From the NCBI GenBank assembly GCA_038496445.1, contig JALMLS010000486.1, forward strand, positions 50,271-114,270: DNA of 64,000 nucleotides, given 5' to 3'. The notes under the pieces are model-generated. The model saw only the letters and a program-made list of their open reading frames with translations. It did no database searches and was not told the origin of the DNA. Origin of the DNA: Trichosphaerium sp. ATCC 40318 (lineage: Eukaryota; Protista; Tubulinea). Each line of letters starts with the position of its first letter. The stretch's first letter is position 1. A program made the position numbers and the translations under genes. Of this stretch, positions 27,495-39,665 are shown piece after piece.

Positions 27495-29012
27495 ATGGAC
27501 GAGACTAGAGGCGGGGTACTACCATTTGATTTATTCCCACCAGAGATTCTTGTGTTAATCACCACCAACCTTGATGTGGAGCATGTAGTAGCTCTTAGCG
27601 TTGCTTCAAAATCGTTTAAAATGCTTACAGCTGATAATATTATATGGAAGCGTCTATATGACCAACACTTCACTGTAGCAGCCAAAGGTACCATTTCTAC
27701 TACTCGTTGTACATAACAAACTCGATGAGGTGAAAACATCAAGGCAGCTTTTATCTTTGAGTGGAAGTACGAGGTACTATTATAATACTACCTAACTTAC
27801 TACTGATCCATTTGTTCTGGTAAACAATTAACCAACTCTTTTCTCTGTAGATGACTTTGCTCCAAGTAAACAGGTAAACTAAGCATGGATTTAAATTGAT
27901 TTCACACTCTTATCGGTTGCATAGTTGTCATTACCCGGGCCATGTAAAAAACAGACTCCCAACCAACTTGGAAATCTCCATAGAAGATGCTAAAAGATTA
28001 AGGAAATGTGACAATAATGTACTTGTTTTATTTCTTTGCTAAAATCTTAAATCACGTGATAGATCAAATGTAGCTTTTTTGGATTACGTGGGGTTGGATG
28101 CGTAAGAACTTTTTTTGCATTTATTTTATAGTTCATATCTGGTCTACTGTACTTAAACACTTGGGTATAATAGAGTTCTATAATTGTAAGGTATGTAACA
28201 GATTGGTTCATGAACCAAAATAATGGTGCTGCTAATGGTACGATCACGTTTTCTTGTTGCTTTTTTTTTTTGTGTTTTTGTAGTTTTTGTATTGTACTCT
28301 AACACTGTCAGAAATATATGCAATGACTGTCCATGTAAAAAAAAAGAGAGATTTTTATGCTTGTTTGGACATATATGAGTCGTCTAGTTATGGATGGCCG
28401 TACACAAAAAATTCTTATACAGTTCTCATTTCCATTTTTAGACTTCAACCTGTAAATGTTGTTCTTGATCACTGTAGTGAAATATTTGTTCTCGTTTACT
28501 CTATACAAAGCTACCAAAGCTTAGAATGGTTGGATCACATAAGAAATAGGGTGTTACGCAATAAGAGAAGTTATTGGGCGCCAATGATACTGGTAAATCC
28601 AGCAGTCATAACAGCAATATTTTACATTGTTTTTTTTAGGTTGCAAGTAAGTGTGACCTTGAAGACAAAAGAGTAGTACCTGATGATTTTGGGAAATTTA
28701 TGGCTAGAAAATGGGGTATACCTTTTATAAGCGTAAGCAGTAAGACAGGAGAGAATATTCAAATTCTTTTTTCAGTTGTTGTTGAACTGTACAGACGTTT
28801 TTTACCAGAACAACAAAAAATCAAGTAAGTTCTCAAAGATACACATTTGTATTTTCTTATTAGGCTTGTTCATTGATACATTTCTAATTAAATCATAGGC
28901 GAGAAAGCAAGGATAATTATTCAAAAATTGCCAAGACATTCAGATACCAGTATCAGCGTAGTATGGATTTAAATAGATTTAATATACTCTATTGCATAGT
29001 TAAAACTAAATA
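27495..29012 (+). CDS. F-box fused to a degenerate Ras-family GTPase domain
   Basis: F-box FDLFPPEILVLITTNL...DNIIWKRLY. Spliced Ras-like domain IKCSFFGLRGVGCSSIIVRYV, FVLVYSI, PMILVASKCDLEDKRVV, IPFISVSSKTGENI. Confidence 0.8.
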
Positions 29013-29543
29013 ATGAGTAGGGTATATGTAACGAGAGGATTCGAGATACCTATTCTGAATGTATCAGAGGAATCACGTGCTCCGAGAGACACCGTGTCTA
29101 TATCGTTATCTACGATAGCATGATGTTTAAGCCCTTGTATGTAAGATAATAAAGTAGTTAGAACATAGTTAACAACGTCCTGTTACAGTATACCAGGTAG
29201 GCTATGTCGGGTTTATTTAAAACAGGTCACATTTTTTGGGTAAGAGCATAAAATTTTGAGTTTTCTAGGCGCCTACAATCACTTAAAACCCTTTTGTTGT
29301 ACTAAGAAATGGTACATAATTGGCTGTTTTGTAGGACTTTGGCGACTAAATCTCATAATTTTAAACTTTTCTTTTTAGCTATCAGTCCTCATTGCTGACG
29401 CTTACACAATACACTATCAACAAAGTATAAAAGTGAAGTTTCCATGGTTGCGCACGTGATTTACAATAAAAGTTCGATTGCTACTAAACCATGCCTTAAA
29501 TATTTTCCCATTTTTAACGAGTACAAGTCAACAGCGTGTATTT

Positions 29544-31700
29544 ATGGCGGAAAGCAAAACCGAGAGCGTAAATGTACGGAAATGCAAATTAAAAGGCGAA
29601 AACGACCTACCCTTACAGCCGGTGAGCCGCTGAAGGGGTTTTAGAAAGATAAACGTACAGAAATACAAGATAACGACATAATCTATGACAAGACCGAATT
29701 AATAGGTTCTGGCGCACATGCGAAAGTGTACAAAGGTATTTGGCCGTTTATTAGTATATTCGAGGCTTATATCTTTGTAGGCAAGATTAAGAACACACCA
29801 GTGGCTGTAAAGGAGTACAACGTAAAGCTACATCACAACAGGGTTGAAGAGTTCCGCAAGAAAGTGACATTCCTTACGTACTAAAAATCGATTTTTTTTT
29901 TATCTCACGTGCTCATCTTGATTGCAGGCAAATTAATCATCCAAATATCGTCAACACATTTGGTACAAGCGTCAATGATGGAAAAATAAAGATCATTTCC
30001 GAGTTGTGCAACACTAGTGTTCAGACATTAATTGATGAGGTATTTTTAGATTGTTTTACACAACGTTTTTATGCCCACATTTCTGAATCATTGGTAGAAG
30101 TTTGATTGCATTCCTCTAAAGCTTCGATTACAAACAGCTAGAGATACAGCCATTGGTATGAAATGGCTTCATAATAGATATAAGATGGGACACAGGAACC
30201 TAAAGATTTCAAACATTCTTGTATGTGAAATCAAACAACCTTTTTATCTCTTACTGTGAAGCTCATCTAATGGACCAGCCTAGGTTGGTAATGACGGAAA
30301 TGTGAAAATAGCAAACTATGGACATGAGACATTTAATACAATGATTAGGGGCGATGAGAGTGCAAAAGAAGGTAAGCATCAAACACAGTATAGTAGAAAT
30401 TAAGCCTTAGATAGCTGAGGTTGTCCTAACCAAAGAGACGGACGAAATGAGGGATGTTTATAGCTTTGGTTTTATACTTTGGCAATTATTAATCAGTGGC
30501 AAATCACCTCCCTTTTTGGATCACCACAAAAAGTACTGAGCTCTAGATCTTTTGTCAATGTTAACCTTTTTACTTACAGTTCTAGATCCATCCATGTGGA
30601 AAGGCCTGACATACCAGATGACACATCACCTTTGGTGAAAGACTTGATTCAATCGTGTTGGCACTGCCAACATAAATATCGACCTCCCTTCAGTTGTGTA
30701 GTAGAAAATCTGAGTGATGCTATTGTTGAAAGTGTTATTGAAGATGCAGCTGGGAGATCTTTCTGGTGCAAATACTTTTGTCTTGATAGTGAGGTACTTA
30801 GTATTGTTATTACAATCTAATCTTGTTGAGGATACAATGTTATTCCAAGCGGAATGGCAAGCAACGACACATTCTCAACACAATTTTGCTGACTTGCTAT
30901 CACGTGAGCTTGGTCTCACTGAGTTTGAAGTTGAAGATGGATTATCATTTGATTGTCTTGAAGACTATATGTGTATGACCATCTATTCTTTATGAGGGAT
31001 AACATGAATTAGGTTTAACAGTACAAGTACCAACTCTTGCTTCTGTCATTAAGTCAGGCAATCGTTGTGTACCTAATCATATTACTTGTAAAAAAACACC
31101 TTTTGTCACAATGGAAACCTTCAATGCTGCCTTGCATTGGTTTGGACCTTTTATGTCAAAGAAATACTGCAGAGATGTTATCGTAACTATTCAACAGTTA
31201 CACCAACAGGAGTAAGTTGTGCTTCATTGTGAAATTATCAATATCAAATTGCTGGGTTTTGACAGTTGTGCCACAGGTATTTTCATGGATTTATTGATAA
31301 ACAAACTACCCAGGACAGACTGAATTGGACAATACCTGGTACATTCCTTATTAGATTGTCAACAACAAGGTAACCTTTTTGTTATTTTTTTTATTTCTCT
31401 CATATCATGTTGCTATTTATTCACCTCACACCAAGGCCTGAGTGCCCATTTACTTTATCTGTTATGGAAGAGAAAAACAAAATATATCATTATAGGATTT
31501 GGGGACAGTATGGTAAAGGATATTACAAACGGTACAGACAGCTGTCTTCATTATTGTTTTTTGTCAAACATATTGTGTACTCATCTGTTTTTGATAGATT
31601 TAAGGATGCCAAGCATAAAATATTTGCTAGTATTCCAGAATTGGTTGAACAAGATTTAATACCTAATTTTGGCCTTAAATTTGCAGCCGTTAAAATGTGA
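29544..31700 (+). CDS. Shk-like TKL (pseudo)kinase with C-terminal SH2 domain
   Basis: IGSGAHAKVYKG, VAVK, HRNLKISNIL, ANYG, DVYSFG. SH2 YFHGFI...GTFLIRLSTT. Layout matches Dictyostelium Shk kinases. Confidence 0.85.
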
Positions 31701-32261
31701 AATAATTGCAGCTTAACGATAAACTTAACTGCAGAATTAACAGGCAAAAGCTGAAAAAAAAGCGGGAATACAAAACCTCAAACAAAGACGACAGTCTTAG
31801 CATGCGTTGGGTATACTTTTCCCATTTTTTTCTAGAGCTTTTGCTAGCCTATTCTGTGCGGTTAAGTGTACCATTATTTTAACGGCAGTGAGAAAACATC
31901 ATTTTTGTATTGCTGGTTTAGATGGTTATTGAAACACTATTAAATACTCATATAATCACTATCTTGTATACTCCCTTAAGAATAAGGGCCTTTGATAATA
32001 TATATGTTCGTCATCAAGGGCAGTAAGGTTCACTAAACTCTACACAAATAGTACTATTGTCATGACAGTTGAATACATACTCACCAAGCTCAAATAATGG
32101 GTCCAGTCGCATACAATTTGAAGAGTTTTTAGACAGTCACTTGTTTCTAATGAGGAAAAAAGCAATACATTTATCAAAGTTACAGTCAGCATTTTAAGCC
32201 AAAAGAAACATCTCGGTCTTATTTTGAAAGTAACATTCTTTTTCGATACTCACAAAAGTTG

Positions 32262-34213
32262 TTATATTTCTTCTTCCAAGGAATGTAGTTCTTCATCTGA
32301 TATTAGTACCGATACTTCTTCTTCATCTTCTTCTTGCCCTTCTTTATCGGTATCTGAGTCGTCTATTTCAGCAAGCTGATATGTTTCTCCTTCATCTTTT
32401 TTGATTTTCTTGCTTTCTTTATAGTATGTCCCCATTCTCCCAACCCATATTAGAAGTATGAGAGTAGCAATCGCTACAAAATTGACAACAAAAAGCATCC
32501 AAGGGAATGAACTGTATCCTTGAACAAGCTGTCAGTACAATATTTTGATTCTGCTTCCTTATTTTTTTATTTTACCTAGTTTTGCGAAGAGTGTTGCAGT
32601 CAGCATCGGTATAGCCATCTCTCCAAAACAAGCACCAACTACGAATATACTAGAAAAAGTTCCAGTAACACGCATATATTTTGTAGCTAAGTTGATAGCT
32701 GTTGGAAACTACGAACGAAATTGAGAGTAAGAGCTAGCCAAATAAAAAGGAATAATCAGTACGCTTGAAGCCATTCCCAATCCATACAGTATGACGCTCA
32801 CCCAAAGCCATATAGAAGAGTGTTGTTGCCAAACCATCAATACAGTAGAAATAAAACATATCACAAGGTTACCTTAACAAGGTGTCACGTGCCAAGAAAA
32901 AAAAAGAGAAACGTAAAAAGCAAAAAGCAACCATACCTATCAACATTTGTTCTGCAGTGATATACACAGAAATCGGAATAGCTAGTAGTCTCCCTTGCAA
33001 CAAAGCGTTATTATTGGTATCAAAACATTGATTAAGTAGTGTACAACCATACCAACAGCCAGGGCTCCCCAGAACCCAGCGTTTATGTAGAAGGCTTGGG
33101 TTTCTCCTGCAATATTCATCTTGACAGCATACGTGTACAAAAATCCACCAGCAGTAACTTCAGCACCTACATAAATACACAAGAATAACGCTGTACAAGC
33201 AGTAACTAGGTATTCTGTTCGTCTAGTTCCTTTATGCTTTTCTTCTTGTTTTGATTCTTTTGCTTTTCGCGGAGAACGAAGGATTACAAGGCTTATAATA
33301 GCAGGTACGAACATTGAAGCCATAACCCACCAAGCTATGTTAAGCCCTTGATTTGTACTGTACTCACACTTGGCCGCTGGATCGACATTTGGATGTGCAA
33401 GCTATCAACAGCACGTGATAAGGTTTTCAGTCAAAAATTGACATGTGTCGTATAACGCACTGTGTGTTCCACTTTGTGGTATTTCGACATGAGCCCGCCA
33501 ACAAGCAGAGGTGAGAAAAAAGCTCCGAGACCAAAACTGAAATGAAGTGCTTGCATGTAGGGGTCAACGTTTGTATGAGCATAAAGCCAAATAAGCATAG
33601 TGTTGGCAGCTAAATCAGTTCGTTAACTAACACCTCTAGATGAATACAAGCTGTACCTGTGTCTAAGAATCCCATGCTAGCTCCATTGAAAACAAAGACA
33701 GCAGCAATAAGATACACATTCTTTATAAATGGAAGCGTTGAAGTTGACAGCATTGATGCAGCCAGGCTAAGTGCTATGAGCTTATTACCTGCCACTTTAT
33801 CTACAAGTGGTCCACTTATGACTAATCACGTGCGTTACAAAAAAAGAACCATGCCACAAACTGAACTTGACTTACTAGCGCCTAACAAGTAACCAATGGA
33901 TCTGGCAATGAAAATAAAACCAAGTGTTTGCATTGTCGACTGTAGTTGGGCACATACTACAAAGGACACGGTCAGATAAGCTAATATACGTACTATCGTA
34001 CGTTGTAGGAGGGCTGGGCCAAGACTTGCCGCTAGAAACCCTAAAACGAGAAAAGCGAAGCAATACGTTGCGCAAATCGCTGTAGATTCAGTACTAACAC
34101 GTGTCAGGCCTAATTGTAGTTGTATGAGATAAAACGCACAAGACAAAGCTCTTAAACGCTGACCATCGCGATTTTGAAGGTTTTTTGTCTATTTCTACAG
34201 CTTGAATGTCCAT
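32262..34213 (-). CDS. MFS transporter (MFSD4/NaGLT1-like)
   Basis: LAASLGPALL, GFLDT, PYMQALHFSFGLGAFFSPLLV, IYVGAEVTAGG, FWGALAVG. Confidence 0.9.
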
Positions 34214-35148
34214 TTCAGCGTTGCTGAGTCACCGATTTCGAAAAAGTAAAATTTGAAAAGCGTGCTAATTTTCTGACTATGTTAGCCAAAACTGAATGTG
34301 GCAAAGTTGCTGGCGAGTGGAGAAAAATTTAACGTCATGTGATTTACCGACGAATTCACTTCGAAAATGCCAGGTCTGGTAAGTGGTGTGTAGAAACAGT
34401 TGTTAACTCGAACAAAGCAAGTCTCGCCAGGCATTATCGGATTGCTCATTTCGGAATGAAACGAGTTCATTCGTGTATAAAATGCATTGTTTGCGTCGGC
34501 TTTTACAATCTATACGCTCTTGTGTGTAAAACTATTGCTTGAATGGCAAATTTATTAACATGAAATTGTACTAGCACTGCGCTAAATAAAAAGAGCAATA
34601 TTTGTCAAAATGGATTTGTTTGCATTATAGGAAACGTGTAGCCAATAACAAGTGTAGTTATTTGTCATTAAATTTGAGTATGGAAAGTTTGTGTATTCAA
34701 CTATCAGAGAGCATTATGAATTGTATCAGACAGCGGAGTACTACTAAGCAAACAATACCAGCACGTTTTGTGAACTGAATTAAAAGAGTACTACAATGTC
34801 AGCGTAAATGAAGCCTACACTATGTATGGTGGTGTACCTGTAAATACATAGTTCTTCGGCTTTCCGGCAAATATCATTGTGGCGTTTGTTGCACCCATTA
34901 AGGTTTGATATGGTGATGACATAGTTGCATAATTCTATAACTCTAACGTTGCTCATAAGTATTAAAAACCATATTATGTGCGTACAGTATCACTGCCGGT
35001 TGGAGTTACGTAGTAATCGCAAAGATTAGCATTGGTTAGTGAAAAAGGAGTTGCAAGTGCGTTAAATGACAACTTTGACAGAAGCATTGTTTATCGACGC
35101 AATGATATTAATTGAACGCTAAACTAACATACATCCTATTATATTGCC

Positions 35149-36502
35149 ATGTCTTCTTATTGTAGAGCAATATTATTGTTGGCCTTATTTGCGTTTTTTG
35201 TACAATCACGTGCTTAACCTACATGATGCGATACAGTGCTCTTTTTGGTACACGTGACACTATTTTGTTGTATTTTCCGAATTAACTAAAAAACCAAGGC
35301 TGATGTCAATAACTGGACAGCTGATGGCCAAGGAGACGAGCTCTTAATACGACTAGCCATGGAAGCAGGCTTTAAAGCTAACGTTAGATGTTCGGCCTCT
35401 GTAGCTACTTCTGAAACAACAGAATACGCCATGATTGTAAAGGTCTCTTCGTTCTAACTACCACTAACCAACTTTAGATTATATTACAATCAGCCAAGTA
35501 CGGTAGAGTGCCGCGTCTTTCGATGTCTGCCACTCCAATAATTGTGTCCGAGGAGTTCGCAATACAGAATTTAAAAATGGGCAATATTTCAACAAGAAAA
35601 GAGCATTTCCTCGACATTGTAGATTCTTCACATTCGTTAGCAGCAAACCTTGCAAGCGGTAATCATACTGTAGTATCAAACTGTTCCAAAAAATGTATGA
35701 TTACTGCAAGTACAGGTCCAGATGCATCAGTTATTGCCCAACTCCTCGGTAAGAGCGCACTCTTTGCGTACGAAAAGGTGTGTAATACAATGTCCAATCA
35801 TGTTTACAAATATTTAGGGGTCAATGCTCACTGATAACTCTATATCACCTTCTCTACGCATAGGCCTCTTTGTTGGAATGAATTCGACCGTCACAACGGT
35901 TGGAGAAGTTCTCGTTGGCACTGCTATTGCATACGCTTATTCTAAAAGTCCTTGTGGTACCGTCGCTTACTTCTTATTTCTAAACCATTCAAAAAACACT
36001 CACGTGTTTTAGTAAAACAAGATGTGATTGATGATACACGTATAGTTGATGTACCCACAAATATAGACGGTGTGCTTTAGATACATTAAACAACATTACT
36101 TCTCTAATGCTTTTTTTTTTAGGTCACCTGGTGCTACAACTAAACGGAACCTTACAAATAACAGCTGGTGCTGTAATTGATGTTAGTGGATGTGCGTTCC
36201 TTGATGGTAGTATTATCATTGATGGCCATGACGGACATCCTTTGTTAATAATTAAACTATCATCTCATTGTATTGTCTATGTTTCACAAGTAAATGCAAG
36301 AACTACAGATGGATGTGAACTCGAAATTCGTCAAGGTACTTTTTTTTGAGCCGTTATTTTTGAGTCTTGTTCTTACACGTGTTTAGATATTCACAGCATT
36401 TTTGCTTTACTACCACCAAAATGTAGACAAAAGAGTGGTATTCCAGATACTACACTTTATATTCTACTGATAGTGGCTTGTAACTTTCTTGCGATGCTTT
36501 AA
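35149..36502 (+). CDS. Hypothetical signal-peptide, single-pass membrane protein
   Basis: N-terminal hydrophobic segment, several spliceable exons, C-terminal TM LYILLIVACNFLAML. The 5' exon structure is uncertain. Confidence 0.55.
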
Positions 36503-36705
36503 TTATTCACATAAATCAGTCATAATAAAATAGCTGCACATAAACCTTTTGTACTTTTGTAGGATTATTCAGACAATTTTGAAAATAAAAACACTGTCGT
36601 CCACTAGCAAGGAGAATGAGGTCCATGAAGTGGCTTCCTTACAAAGTTTGTGAAAGAGAATCTGTTGTTGGATACAGTGTGTGAATACTTCCTAAAGTCT
36701 ACCAA

Positions 36706-38245
36706 TCAATCCTCTTCAAGTTTCTTAATAATCTGGGCTGCTGACAGAATAAAGGTTTCTTCAACTACAACGTTCAAGTTAACCACTTTTACATAGCGAC
36801 AGTGAATCACATACCATTGATTGCATCTTTTGATGAAATTTCAATGTACTCCATCCCAAAGTCAGTAGCAAATTCCTAGCACGTTATTAACACTTCAAAA
36901 CAAAGCAAAGATTCGTGTAATACCTTGGCAACTTCAGGGTCAACAATGCGCTCTTCAATTAGATCACTTTTTGTTCCAACAAGCATTTTTATAGTACTCT
37001 CTGATGTATATCTTTCAATATCTTGAAGCCACTTCGTTTTATTGTCAAAAGACTTTTGGTCTGTCGTGTCAAACAATATCAAAGCACAGTGGACTAATAT
37101 AAAAGGATTGTAATTTCCCACTCGAAATCTGTTTGGACCTACAAATAGCTTAAACAACACTATCTTCTAGCTAAGGACTCACTTAAATATTCCCAAACTT
37201 TCAGCTTAACAGTTTTACCATACACTTGTATGGTTTTTACTTTCTACATTTGACATGTGTTAAATCTGTAGACTGTTTCAAAGTAGGCTCAAGAAAAAGA
37301 ATGGTTACCCCTGAGGTATCCATGGGTACATACAAAGTCAACGCCAATTGTGGAGATGAATGAATCTGTATATGTGTCATCAGCAAATCTAAGCCATGAT
37401 ATTTTTTTTTCAAATCTGTAATTTGTTATTGTCTGTATCATTCAAGTTTGCTTATCTTTGCAACTTTTTGCTGTTTGTGACTTTTGGTTTTCGAGTTTAG
37501 TCAGATCTGACAGATCTTGCAACTTCTGTTAGTTCTTACAGAACTGACAATTTTGCTAGAACTACAGACCCTACGTTTGAAATGTGATTCACACTATTGG
37601 AGGCTTGCTGGGCGGAAAAATCATGAATTTGCACTGGCACGTGATTTTAAAAACGCACCAACATTTATTTTATTTTACAAAAATACAGTTACATGGCGTC
37701 CATACCACAATATCACCTCCAGAGATACTTTGAGCACTTTTGGAATTAATCTTTACGTTTTTTTCCTGTTGATGCCTCTTGCCGCTATGATTGTGTCAGC
37801 ACTAGCAAGTGGCAGCGTAGTACATTAGGCAACAAATAACGAGTAATTCGTACCTTTTGGTGTTGTTCGGCTCCTTTGGGTGCTTCTATTGTGAGTGTAG
37901 CATTTACAAGTGCACTTATGCAAAATACTGCAATAGTCTTGTTAGATGATGTGACTTTGATATTGTATTTTTTTCTTGCCTTAAGGTACATAAGCACGGC
38001 AAGCAAGGTACATAGACTGGAGTTGTGGAATGTGATGCATTCACAGTGAACTGAACCTTCAAGTTTTTAACAGATCGTACAAGAACTAGCAAAAGTGACA
38101 AGATCTGACAGATCTGTTAGTTCTTGCAAGATCTTACACTTTAATACTTCTGCCAAACCTGTTGCAAACTTGAATGATACGGACAATACCTGGTAAAAAC
38201 AGAAACGTATTTTTTTGTGCTTGTTACAACTATGACATGGCTCAT
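36706..38245 (-). CDS. Rab1-derived GTPase-like protein with degenerate G1/G3 motifs and no prenylation tail
   Basis: RFADDTYTDSFISTIGVDF, KTVKLKVW, WLQDIERY, MLVGTKSDL. Exon 1 (MSHVIVVTSTKKYVSVFT) lies beyond a MITE-containing intron. Confidence 0.75.
37427..38188. mobile_element. Non-autonomous TIR element (MITE-like, about 760 bp) flanked by TA
   Basis: TATTGTCTGTATCATTCAAGTTTGC (37427-37451) matches the reverse complement of 38164-38188 at 24/25. Inverted subterminal AGATCT/GTTAGTTCTT repeats at about 37500-37560 and 38070-38145. Confidence 0.8.
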
Positions 38246-38587
38246 ATCACAACATCTACAGCATGTTTACAGATGATTTTACAATTTTCACGTGCTGTAA
38301 GTACATGCATACTTCTGGGTACTTCAGGGAATACTGCCTAAATGGCATAATTTTTGGTAAATACCATTTATGATAGCCACATAATATTGTAGTATAACAT
38401 GCAATTTGGAATTAAGGCATGATTATACAGTATGCTATTGTTCAAATAACCACATGGATAGATACACGAAAATAAGATGAATGAAAGGCGCAGTGATTCT
38501 ACTAAGTTTTGTTTAAAAAATAGCGTTTTTGGGTTTGGCTATTTTTTCTTTTTGACCTAGTGTTCACTTAAACGCAGCGTGATATAT

Positions 38588-39300
38588 TTAGGTATCTTTG
38601 TTTGTTGCTTTGTTGTATCGTTTCATGGCCCCTCTTAAACCTGAAGGTAGGCCAGGTACACAATAAGACACTATTTTAACAATAATCTCTTTAGGTAGCC
38701 TTGGAAGATCCTTCAAGCGTCCAATACATAGTTCAAGTACACGTGTCCACATAACCAACCGAAATGACATTGGTACATAGTTATAGAAAAGACCAGACTT
38801 TGCATTATGTGCTGACATGACTACACTGACAATATGTTCGATTTCGTGATCGTTAGTGTAGTTGTTTGATAGGAAACTTACTTTTTCTAGTTCTCGTTCG
38901 TCAAAGGGATCATGGCTTCGCCATTTTGTTACCACAGAGCTTTCCACATCAGCAGTGATACGATTATGGCTCGAAGAGGCGTCTTCTATTGTACAAACCA
39001 ATTCTTTGCTGTAATATCATGCGAAGCGGTACGCATTTGGCTTCAGCATCTTCAATGTTAAAGTCAATGATACTCAAGGCTTCGAGCTGCTTGTGGGTTT
39101 GAAAGCTTTGAGAGTGCCCAACGACTTAAAGGTATTTTTTCATCGGGTAAAACGTCTCCTGGAGATCTACCAAGGTGCGCAACGAGCGTCAAGTAATAAT
39201 GAGGTATGTGTGATGGTTCTTGAAGACGTTTAGACTTGTCTTTTTAGGAATAAGTCAGAGAATGTAGAAAGACTTCTTCTGTCAAGGCACCTGAGCGTAC
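38588..39300 (-). pseudogene. Degenerate LRR-like gene with C-terminal F-box-like motif
   Basis: Intact 3' ORF ends ...LPRLPKEIIVKIVSY. Upstream LRR-like text (QLEALSIIDFNIEDAEAK) is in another frame, with stops. Confidence 0.4.
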
Positions 39301-39665
39301 GCCCGTGACCCATTAATAGGTATTGCCTTAGAACTTCCCGACTACGGTAGCGAGTCAAATGGACGAAAAGCAATTATTAGTTCAGCATCCGAAAAAACTG
39401 GATTTATAAAGTACATAGAGAGGTACAGCTTAAAAGTACTGGCGAAGGTAACATCTAAAACCAAAGAATCACAGAGGTTAATCACGTTAACTCCATTTTT
39501 TATGTTTTAAAACTAGGAGCCTAGCGTTCTATAACAAAGGTTTTTAAGTTAACCATAACAAAAAGGTGACTTACGCTAATCTTTTTTTAGAAGAAGGTCT
39601 TTCTTTACAACTCACAACTCTGCTTCTTTTTCGTTTTTCGTTAAAAAAAGGGTATTTAAATCCTT

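Noticed and set aside
37517-38101. Short ORFs inside the MITE
   Set aside because: No transposase or other recognisable motifs.
37490-38150. Short AGATCT/GTTAGTTCTT repeats resembling an array or CRISPR
   Set aside because: No regular repeat-spacer period and a eukaryotic context; explained as MITE subterminal repeats.
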